NCBI GenBank assembly: GCA_030523245.1
Contig: JAUNIW010000006.1
Span: 1-38,767 of the forward strand
From: Pseudomonadota bacterium
GTDB taxonomy: Bacteria > Pseudomonadota > Alphaproteobacteria > RF32 > CAG-239
Direction of reading: 5' to 3'
Length of the DNA: 38,767 nucleotides
Part shown: one piece after another, positions 30,873-38,767 of the stretch
Position numbering within the stretch: position 1 is the first letter of the stretch
How the letters are laid out: each line of letters begins with the position of its first letter
Translations under genes and position numbers: made by a program
Notes under the pieces: generated by a model
Databases searched by the model: none
Told to the model about the DNA's origin: nothing
The model's input: only the letters and a program-made list of their open reading frames with translations

Positions 30873-32855
30873 CTATTCTCTTCTTTGGCCGAATTTTTGC
30901 TGCAGCATTCTGATTTTATCCTGTCCGACGCGTTCTTGCAGATTTTGCAGTCTTTCGCCGGTTTCTGCCTTTACTTCTTTTCCGCTCAGGTTATTGACTT
31001 TTGCGTCTTCGGGTGTAATTCCCAGACGGGCAGCCATAATTCTGTCACGTATTTCTTGTTTTTCATCATGAGCTTGTCTTTTTTCATCGGTCATTGTGGT
31101 GCGCATTGTTTCAATCTGTTCCTGCTGATAAGTTTCCTGAACTTCTTTTTGTTCGGCCGACAGATTCTTATTCGGAAGGTTCACTTTTCCGGCTTTAACC
31201 AGCAATGAGGCTTGTTTCATAATTTCCTTGGCGGTTTTAACATCTTCTTCAGTACCTTTTTCTCCGGCAACGATTTGCGGTTTACCATCAATTTCTTTAA
31301 TTGCAATTTTACCGTCTTTTTTCATATTGTTAAAATCACCACGTATTTTTCGCAGTTGTTCTATGTTTTCATCGACGTAAGCAGTTTTTTCACCGGTTTC
31401 CTGTTCCTGAGACTGTGTTTGTTCCTGAGCCTGAGCGTTGTTGTGAGCTTTGTAATAGTCGGTAACCTGTTTCATCTGTTCGGCCGACAAACCGCATTTG
31501 GCAAGTTCTTCCATATCAATTTCCTGCGGAACGGCACCCTGCATCGGATTACCGTTTAAGACACAGGCAGCGTACATACGGGTTGCTACTTCTTTGGAAG
31601 CATTTTCCGGAAATTCAATCGGGCGTCCCTGATTGTCTGGTTCTTTGAACATACTGTCAAAAACTTTGAAACCGGCATCGGGAGATACGGTTACATTATC
31701 CGGAGAACTGTAATGAATTTCACTGTTTTCAAGTTTGGCGGCAAAACCTTGTTTGGTTGTATCACGTTCATAACCGGCAATTTGTTTATCTTCGGACAGT
31801 TTTGAATAATATTCGGCTTTGCGTTTTACCCATTCCGGTTCTTGCTGATCTGTATTTTCTTCCGGCTGCGGTTGTGTTGTTTCAACATGCAGAGGTACAT
31901 TGTTGTTATTTTTATCATTTTTCTTATCTTTATCATCTTCTGTATTTTCATGTCCTTCGTCAGAAAGGGTATTATTTTCTTCATTCGGCTGATTAGATGA
32001 GCTGGCTTTTTCTACAGCTGCGGTATAGTCATCAACAGAGTTGATGCCGTTCGGATCAATTCCTAATCTCTCACATACTTCTTTTTGTTCGGGATTGAGT
32101 TCAAATTTCGGATTTTGTTCGTTGGTATCACTCATAGTTGTATTCCTTTCGGTATTTTTAGATTTTCTCTGGGTATTCTGCTTTCTTTTTGTGTCGGGAA
32201 TCTGATAATTTTCCCGTTGGGCAATTTTTTGAAAAGCATTTGATAATTGTTTGCGGAATTTATCGATTCCGCTCTCATCTTTAGGGTTGCGGATAAATAA
32301 TCCGTAATTTCTCAAGGCGCGTAAAACATTTTTCTCGGCGCGTGACGGGACATACCGTCCGTCAACCATTTTTCCTTTTTCAATGGTATTTAACTGCTCT
32401 TGAATTTTTTGCAGAATAGCAGCAGCGCTTTCTTCCTTATAAGGTTCATCTATCTGCAGCGGATTTTTATGGGTGCCGAATTGTGCGCAATTATATAAAT
32501 GTGCTGCCTGAATTTTTGCCCACAGCTCTTTATTTTGACGAATCTCTTTTTCGACTTTATCAATTTCTCCAATAGGAGAATTTTCTCCGGTCAGAGCAAC
32601 ACAGGCATTGTGTCGGGCAATATCCCATCTGTTCGTTTTAATGTTTTTAACAGTCTGTTCTATATCCTGATTTTCAGCTACAATTTTAATGTCTTTAACG
32701 ATTATATTCTGATTTTCAGCTACGATTTTATCGAAATCGTCTTTACTTTCGTAATAGCGCCATGGTAGTCCCAGCACTTTGAGAGCTTGCGCTTCCAACG
32801 GGTTCGGAATGTAGGGCGTTTTTTTGTTTGGGCTATTTTCTGCTGCTTCTACCAT
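30873..32855 (-). CDS. Hypothetical hydrophilic protein (660 aa); possible second start at 32135
   Basis: SD AAGGAG; low-complexity E/N/Q/K linkers; internal AAGGA-8 nt-ATG. Confidence 0.8.
   Translation of the reverse strand: MVEAAENSPNKKTPYIPNPLEAQALKVLGLPWRYYESKDDFDKIVAENQNIIVKDIKIVAENQDIEQTVKNIKTNRWDIARHNACVALTGENSPIGEIDKVEKEIRQNKELWAKIQAAHLYNCAQFGTHKNPLQIDEPYKEESAAAILQKIQEQLNTIEKGKMVDGRYVPSRAEKNVLRALRNYGLFIRNPKDESGIDKFRKQLSNAFQKIAQRENYQIPDTKRKQNTQRKSKNTERNTTMSDTNEQNPKFELNPEQKEVCERLGIDPNGINSVDDYTAAVEKASSSNQPNEENNTLSDEGHENTEDDKDKKNDKNNNNVPLHVETTQPQPEENTDQQEPEWVKRKAEYYSKLSEDKQIAGYERDTTKQGFAAKLENSEIHYSSPDNVTVSPDAGFKVFDSMFKEPDNQGRPIEFPENASKEVATRMYAACVLNGNPMQGAVPQEIDMEELAKCGLSAEQMKQVTDYYKAHNNAQAQEQTQSQEQETGEKTAYVDENIEQLRKIRGDFNNMKKDGKIAIKEIDGKPQIVAGEKGTEEDVKTAKEIMKQASLLVKAGKVNLPNKNLSAEQKEVQETYQQEQIETMRTTMTDEKRQAHDEKQEIRDRIMAARLGITPEDAKVNNLSGKEVKAETGERLQNLQERVGQDKIRMLQQKFGQRRE
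32661..32730. repeat. In-frame 28-bp direct repeat with 42-bp period
   Basis: TATATcCTGATTTTCAGCTACaATTTTA (32661-88) and TATATtCTGATTTTCAGCTACgATTTTA (32703-30), encoding KIVAENQ(N/D)I twice. Confidence 0.85.
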
Positions 32856-32923
32856 GATTTTCTCCTTTATTACCTGTAGTTTAACACAATTTTTGTATTT
32901 TGTCTATAAATTTGTGTAAAAAA

Positions 32924-34117
32924 TCAGGCAATATCTTTTTCGACTTTTGCATTGGGAATACCAATATAATCCGTCAGGATTTTATCAATCCGGTTGCGGG
33001 CATTCTGGTAGTTTTGTATAGAATTAAAATAAAAGCGTCCGGTTTTGGTTTTCTGGCAGTCAAGCTGACGGCAGGATTCTACAATATTGCGAATTTTTCC
33101 GATTTCTTCATCGGGCGCAACGGATGGCAGCCGCGGATTTTGGGTTGCCGGACAGGTATCCAGAAATTTGACTTCAAGGGCTTTGCGTACGCCTTCGAGA
33201 TAACAAAGTCTGGTGAATTCGTCAAACATTATCTGGGCGGCTTTTTTTATGGCCAGAATATCATCCAGATTCGGGGCGCGGCGCTGATTGCAAAAGTCTT
33301 TGAAAGCCGTTTTATATTGACGGGGAGATGTCAAAAATAAGCGGGCAAGCTCCAAAAGACTGCTGTTTCCGGCCATGGCTTTCAGTTTATCTATCAGAAC
33401 AAACATATCGCTGCGGTATTTGTCGGCGTAGGATTTACTCCATTTACGGCCGGCTCCCGAAAAAGTATGGTACAATTCGAAAGCAGGCGCGACATTACCG
33501 TCTTCCGTAATAATATCCAAAGCGTCAAGCAAATAACGGCGCAGTCTTTTTTTGTTGTAAAAATAAAGGATGTCCGGCCAGCGGAGAGTACGGATAATAC
33601 GACGGTAGCTTTCCGTAAAATCGGTTATGCGGGCAATTTCTACCGCGTCGAGATTTTCTTCTTCACAAATTTGGATTTTTTTAAGGGCTTTCCGGTAACC
33701 TTTTTCCATTTCGGCCAGTGTTTCTTTGAAACGCGGCGGCATAAGCGTCGCTATGACACGTTTTTTCTGAGCGGCCTGCCGGCTGACCGAGGTTAAATCC
33801 AGCCATAACCGTAAAGACTGGATTGTCGGCGAATTTTCAGGAATAAAACTGTTTTCTTCAAAATAATGGCGGAATGTCTTGTATTCCTCATTCAATTCAC
33901 GGGAACGGCGGATATCGTACCAGGAAGTGTTGATATAGTTTTTAATTTCTACTGCCGATATCTGGCAGGGGGCAAAATGACAACTGCTTTTGTCGCCCAT
34001 GATAAAGCTGCCGTTTGAATCCCGACAGAAAACAAAATCAATATTGTTGTAATCCGTCATTAACGGCTTTTGAAAAGATTGTTCCAGTGCTTTTTGTAAA
34101 AAGGTCTGTCCGTTCAT
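32924..34117 (-). CDS. Hypothetical protein (397 aa)
   Basis: Long ORF, SD AAGGA, divergent from leuS. Confidence 0.75.
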   Translation of the reverse strand: MNGQTFLQKALEQSFQKPLMTDYNNIDFVFCRDSNGSFIMGDKSSCHFAPCQISAVEIKNYINTSWYDIRRSRELNEEYKTFRHYFEENSFIPENSPTIQSLRLWLDLTSVSRQAAQKKRVIATLMPPRFKETLAEMEKGYRKALKKIQICEEENLDAVEIARITDFTESYRRIIRTLRWPDILYFYNKKRLRRYLLDALDIITEDGNVAPAFELYHTFSGAGRKWSKSYADKYRSDMFVLIDKLKAMAGNSSLLELARLFLTSPRQYKTAFKDFCNQRRAPNLDDILAIKKAAQIMFDEFTRLCYLEGVRKALEVKFLDTCPATQNPRLPSVAPDEEIGKIRNIVESCRQLDCQKTKTGRFYFNSIQNYQNARNRIDKILTDYIGIPNAKVEKDIA

Positions 34118-34279
34118 TTTTTATCGTCCTTTTGCTCAAGATTAACAAGCAAGCGTTATCATTTGGTTAATTTTTGGCAAGAGTATTGCGTATAAGCTTA
34201 AAAAATCTTTGAAATTTCAAAAACAGTGTGGTAATTTGAACGCAGTTTGTAAAGAGTTTTATTACGGAGAAAATTAACA

Positions 34280-36757
34280 ATGTCAGGCAATTCCAGATAT
34301 AATGGAAAAGAAACGTTTGCCGAATGGCAAAAAGAATGGCAGCTGGAAGAAAGATATAACTTCCGCTCAATAGAAGCAAAATGGCAAAAAATTTGGGATG
34401 AAGAAAAAGCATATAAAGTAGAAATTGACCGCTCAAAGCCAAAATTTTATGCCTTGGTGGAATTCCCTTATCCGTCCGGTGCCGGACTGCATGTAGGACA
34501 TCCTCGTTCTTATACGGCGCTTGATGTTGTTTCCCGCAAAAAAAGAATGCAGGGGTTCAATGTTTTGTATCCGATGGGATTTGATGCTTTTGGTCTGCCG
34601 GCAGAAAATTATGCCATTAAGACAGGTGTTCATCCGGCTGTTTCAACCAAGCAGAACATAGAAAATTTCACTCGTCAGCTTAAGTCTATCGGTTTTAGTT
34701 TTGACTGGGACAGAAGCTTTGCTACCTGTGACCCTGAATATTATAAATGGACGCAGTGGATGTTTATTCAGCTGTGGAAACACGGACTGGCTTATAAATC
34801 AAAAATGGCGATTAACTGGTGTCCTTCGTGCAAAGTCGGACTGGCAAATGAAGAAGTGGTCAACGGCTGTTGTGAACGCTGCGGTGCGCCGGTTGTGCGT
34901 CGTGATAAAGAACAGTGGATGGTGGCTATTACCAAATATGCCGACCGCCTGATTGATGATTTAAAAGAAGTTGATTTTATTGACCGCGTCCGCTCGACTC
35001 AGATTAACTGGATCGGCCGGTCGGAAGGTGCCGAGCTGAGTTTTGAACTGACAGATAATTCTGGAACACCGCTGGGTAAAAAAATGGTTGTTTATACAAC
35101 GCGTCCGGATACGACTTTCGGTGTTACCTATACGGTTATGGCTCCGGAACACGCTTTTGTCGGAGAGCTGATGAACCGTCTGGAAAATAGTGCCGAAGTT
35201 CAAAATTATGTTGAAGCCGCGGCCAAAAAATCAGAATTGCAACGAACGGCCGATACGACCAAAACCGGTGTCGAACTCAAGGGTATAAAAGCAAAGAACC
35301 CGTTCACGGGTAATTTGATTCCGGTATTTATTTCGGATTATGTCCTGACCGGTTACGGCACGGGAGCGATTATGGCCGTGCCGGCACATGACCAGCGCGA
35401 CTATGATTTTGCCAAAGTTTTCAATTTGCCGATTGTGCAGGTTCTGGCCGGCGGTGATATCAGTGAAAAAGCATGGGAAGAGGATGGCGTACATATCAAC
35501 TCCGGCTTTATGGACGGAATGGATAAAAAAGAAGCTATGGCCGCGGCAATCAAATATGCCGAAGAACATGGTTTCGGTAAATCAAAAGTTAATTTCAAGC
35601 TGCGTGACTGGGTATTTTCCCGCCAGCGTTATTGGGGTGAACCGATACCGATGGTCTACTGTGAACACTGCGGCTGGCAGCCGATACCGGAAGACCAGCT
35701 GCCTTTGAAACTGCCGGAAGTTCCGGATTACCGGCCGAATGATAACGGGGATTCCCCGTTGGCAAATGCAACGGAATGGGTACACACAACCTGTCCGAAA
35801 TGCGGTGGTCCTGCCCGTCGGGAAACCGATGTTATGCCGAACTGGGCCGGTTCTTCGTGGTATTTCCTGCGTTATTGCGACCCGCATAATGATAAGGAAT
35901 TCGCTTCCAAGGAAGCTTTGGAATATTGGATGAATGTGGATTGGTATAACGGCGGAATGGAACATACAACGCTGCACTTGCTGTATTCCCGTTTCTGGCA
36001 TAAGTTTTTGTATGACTGCGGTTATGTACCGATGCCTGAACCGTATCACAAACGTACTTCACATGGTATGATTCTGGCAGCTAACGGCGAAAAAATGTCC
36101 AAATCCCGCGGTAATGTTGTCAATCCGGACGATATTATTGCAACTTACGGTGCAGATACTTTCCGTTTGTATGAAATGTTTATCGGGCCGTTTGATCAGG
36201 TGGCTATGTGGTCTGAAGAAAGTCTGAACGGTGTGTATCGTTTTATCGGTAAAATTTATGCTTTGTTTAAAAAGGTTTACAAAATACCGGCATCGGCCGA
36301 TGATTTGAGAGCTATGCACAAATGTATTCTTGAAGTTACCGATCGTGTGGATACCATGAAATTTAATACAGCCGTTTCCTCTCTGATGGTTTATGTGAAC
36401 TATATGGCGGATATGGAAAAAATTCCGGCGGAAATGTATGAAACTTTAATCAAACTCTTAAGCCCGTTTACACCGCATCTGGCGGAAGAAATGTGGGCGC
36501 GGCTGGGACACAATACACTGGTTATCATGGAAAGCTGGCCGCAGGGTGATGCCAGACTGGCCGAAGATAATGTGGTTACGCTGGGTGTGCAGATGAACGG
36601 AAAAATGCGCGGTACGATTACCGTTTCCAAAAATGCTTCACGCGAAGAAACCGAAAAAGCTGCTTTGGCACTGGAAAATGTAGCACGGCAACTTGACGGA
36701 AAAGCCGTTAAAAAAATCATTGTTGTACCAAATAGGATTGTAAACATTGTTGTGTAG
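34280..36757 (+). CDS. leuS: Leucine--tRNA ligase
   Basis: FPYPSG.GLHVGH (HIGH), TTRPDT editing domain, KMSKS, C-terminal VQMNGKMRG. Confidence 0.98.
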   Translation: MSGNSRYNGKETFAEWQKEWQLEERYNFRSIEAKWQKIWDEEKAYKVEIDRSKPKFYALVEFPYPSGAGLHVGHPRSYTALDVVSRKKRMQGFNVLYPMGFDAFGLPAENYAIKTGVHPAVSTKQNIENFTRQLKSIGFSFDWDRSFATCDPEYYKWTQWMFIQLWKHGLAYKSKMAINWCPSCKVGLANEEVVNGCCERCGAPVVRRDKEQWMVAITKYADRLIDDLKEVDFIDRVRSTQINWIGRSEGAELSFELTDNSGTPLGKKMVVYTTRPDTTFGVTYTVMAPEHAFVGELMNRLENSAEVQNYVEAAAKKSELQRTADTTKTGVELKGIKAKNPFTGNLIPVFISDYVLTGYGTGAIMAVPAHDQRDYDFAKVFNLPIVQVLAGGDISEKAWEEDGVHINSGFMDGMDKKEAMAAAIKYAEEHGFGKSKVNFKLRDWVFSRQRYWGEPIPMVYCEHCGWQPIPEDQLPLKLPEVPDYRPNDNGDSPLANATEWVHTTCPKCGGPARRETDVMPNWAGSSWYFLRYCDPHNDKEFASKEALEYWMNVDWYNGGMEHTTLHLLYSRFWHKFLYDCGYVPMPEPYHKRTSHGMILAANGEKMSKSRGNVVNPDDIIATYGADTFRLYEMFIGPFDQVAMWSEESLNGVYRFIGKIYALFKKVYKIPASADDLRAMHKCILEVTDRVDTMKFNTAVSSLMVYVNYMADMEKIPAEMYETLIKLLSPFTPHLAEEMWARLGHNTLVIMESWPQGDARLAEDNVVTLGVQMNGKMRGTITVSKNASREETEKAALALENVARQLDGKAVKKIIVVPNRIVNIVV

Positions 36758-37313
36758 ATTGAAATCAGGAATAATGCTGGCGGTGGTCTGCGGACTGGCC
36801 GCCTGCGGTTTTGAGCCTCTTTATGTGGAAAAAACAACAGGGGATGACTTGTGGTATTATAACAACAAGTTTGATACGGATATCGTGCGTGAAATGGCCC
36901 AGATTAAAATCGAAACCGTAACGGATCGTCTGGGGCAGATGATTAAAAACGAATTGATGGATACGTTTAATCCTTACGGAACGCCGGTATGTGCCAAGTA
37001 TTTCCTGAAAATTCAGCCGGCTTCCGCGCAAACGGTGCAGCAGGCTTTGCGTGATGATATTACGGCAACACGTGAAAAGATAAAATATACGGTACAATAT
37101 TCTTTGTGGAGTAAGGAAAGCGGACAACTGGTTGACGGTCGCAGCTGGGTTTATCTGAGCTACGATTTGCTGGATAACCCGTATTCTACGACGATGGATA
37201 AAAAGAAAGTGGAAAAAGACGGTGCGAAAATTATTGCCAATGATATTGCCTTAAGAATCGGTGCTTATTTCCATTCGGTAAAAACAAAACGCGGTAATCC
37301 AAATGAATTTTAA
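36747..37313 (+). CDS. lptE: LPS assembly lipoprotein LptE
   Basis: Lipobox LAACGFEPLY; lies between leuS and holA; start uncertain (TTG 36747 or ATG 36774). Confidence 0.8.
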   Translation: MLCRLKSGIMLAVVCGLAACGFEPLYVEKTTGDDLWYYNNKFDTDIVREMAQIKIETVTDRLGQMIKNELMDTFNPYGTPVCAKYFLKIQPASAQTVQQALRDDITATREKIKYTVQYSLWSKESGQLVDGRSWVYLSYDLLDNPYSTTMDKKKVEKDGAKIIANDIALRIGAYFHSVKTKRGNPNEF

Positions 37314-38346
37314 ACAGGCTCAACTGGAAAGCTTTTGCCGGAATCCGAATCCGGATATAAAATGCGTTATTCTTTTTGGCAGCAATGAAGGGACAATGGC
37401 TTTATTGCAGAAAAAATGCGCTGAAGCCGTGTGCGGAGATGTTCGGGATGCTTTTCGTTTTGCCTTGTTGGATATGAGCGATATTTCTAAAGGCGGTCAG
37501 GAAATTTATGCCGAATATTATGCCCAGTCACTGATGGGCGGTCGTCGTGTCATTGTGGTCAAAAATGGTGATAATAATCTGGCATCTGTTTTGAAAAATA
37601 TGATACCGGATACCAAGTCGGACAATCTTTTACTGGTTGTTTCATCTACACTCAATACAAGGTCTTCATTGATAACGTGGGCAAAAGACAGAGATGATGT
37701 AATTATTGTCGGTTGTTATGAAGACCGTGAAGAGAATATTTCCGAATCTGCAGCAGCTTTGCTGCGGGCGCAGGGATTGAGTTTTGATACATCGGTTTTG
37801 CAAGTTTTGTGTTCCCGATTGTCGCCGGACAGAAAAGTTAATCAAAGCGAAATTGAAAAACTGGCAATGTATCTGGGTGAGCGGAAGACGGTAACAATTG
37901 CAGATGTTAAGGCTGTTGTCAGCGATGTGGCCGGTGCCAATTATGAGGATTTCTGCTATTATGTGGCCGGCGGCGAAGTTCTAAAAGCCTGCGCCATGTA
38001 TGACCGTTTGTTGAAAGAGGGGGAAGAACCGGCTGCTGTAATTCGTCAGCTTTCTTATCATTTCAGTAAGCTTTTGTCTTGTGCGGCACAGGCAGAAAAC
38101 GGAAAATCTTTGGAAGAAACAGTGAAATCTCTTCGGCCTCCGTTGATGTTTTATCGTAAAAATGCTTTTATGCAGCAGCTTCGTATTTGGAATCGTGACC
38201 GTTTACTGGGTGCTTTATCTATGTTATATGACTGTGAGCGCAGTTGTAAGATAACCAATCTTCCGGCAGAGCAAGTAGCCGGATACTGTGGGATGAGGGT
38301 TGCGGCTGCAGCTTTTAAGTTGAGGAGTAGCAGGAACCTCGTCTAA
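37303..38346 (+). CDS. holA: DNA polymerase III delta subunit
   Basis: ILFGSNEG, SLMGGRRVI, EIEKLAMY, PPLMF; leuS-lptE-holA synteny. Confidence 0.93.
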   Translation: MNFKQAQLESFCRNPNPDIKCVILFGSNEGTMALLQKKCAEAVCGDVRDAFRFALLDMSDISKGGQEIYAEYYAQSLMGGRRVIVVKNGDNNLASVLKNMIPDTKSDNLLLVVSSTLNTRSSLITWAKDRDDVIIVGCYEDREENISESAAALLRAQGLSFDTSVLQVLCSRLSPDRKVNQSEIEKLAMYLGERKTVTIADVKAVVSDVAGANYEDFCYYVAGGEVLKACAMYDRLLKEGEEPAAVIRQLSYHFSKLLSCAAQAENGKSLEETVKSLRPPLMFYRKNAFMQQLRIWNRDRLLGALSMLYDCERSCKITNLPAEQVAGYCGMRVAAAAFKLRSSRNLV

Positions 38347-38691
38347 TTAAAGGAACCTCGTCTAATGGTCTATTACTTCTAACTTTTTGTGCTCGTGTAC
38401 CGTTTTGTACACGTCGCAAAAAAGTTAATGCGTACCAGCCTCATTATCCGAGGTTCTGCGAGTCTGTACCGGTTGCCGGCAGTCTTCTTCCTTGTTACCG
38501 TTTTGTACACGAGCACAAAAGTTAATACGTACCAGCCTCATTATCCGAGGTTTTGCGAGCTTGTGCCGGTTGCTAGCTGGTAACTACTTGTGCTTTTTTC
38601 ACTCGTGTACTACTATGTACACGTCGTTCAAAAAGTACGGCGTATTTACACACGCTATCCGAGGTTCTGCGAGTCTGTGCCGGTTGCCGGC
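38332..38691. repeat. Array of three imperfect palindromic units, preceded by a 16-bp direct repeat
   Basis: 36-bp motif TATCCGAGGTTcTGCGAGtcTGTrCCGGTTGCcgGC at 38445, 38542, 38656; CTCGTGTAC-N6-GTACACG hairpins; AGGAACCTCGTCTAAT at 38332 and 38351. Confidence 0.9.
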
Positions 38692-38767
38692 GTAAGTAAT
38701 TTTCGTATTAAAATACAGGAAAACAAACGTTTTCGGCGTATAAAAAAAGTCCGTTTTAAACGACCGT

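Noticed and set aside
38445-38691. CRISPR array (three 36-bp repeats)
   Set aside because: Spacers are long (61, 78 bp), homologous to each other and palindromic; the repeats are degenerate; no cas genes in the window.
38389-38695. Short ORFs 38389..38583 and 38492..38695
   Set aside because: They lie wholly in the palindromic repeats, lack SD sites, and resemble each other only because of the DNA repeat.

Overview
Chromosomal core region of an AT-rich alphaproteobacterium, inferred from protein sequences and the mreBCD-mrdA-rodA and leuS-lptE-holA gene orders; it resembles host-associated Rhodospirillales-like lineages. It holds trmB, an XRE regulator, two near-identical tandem tRNA-Val genes (GAC, CAC), the S10-spc-alpha ribosomal cluster, ddl, a U32-family protein, miaA, mre/pbp2/rodA, three orphan genes and leuS-lptE-holA. 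The most notable feature is that the ribosomal cluster is interrupted twice by the same cassette: between rplO and secY, and after rpoA where rplQ normally lies. Each cassette is a sigma70-type promoter, a ~185-nt non-coding RNA ending in an intrinsic terminator, and a non-canonical type IV pilin-like gene (G|RSMIEML). The two RNAs differ in sequence but, folded by eye, share one multi-helix four-way-junction fold with compensatory changes; I do not recognise it as a known riboswitch. Also notable: a premature TAG in the second pilin, a leuS with Firmicutes-type signatures and a duplicated N-terminus, atypical tRNA-Val paralogues, and a three-unit palindromic repeat array after holA. All structures and family calls were made by eye, without tools.
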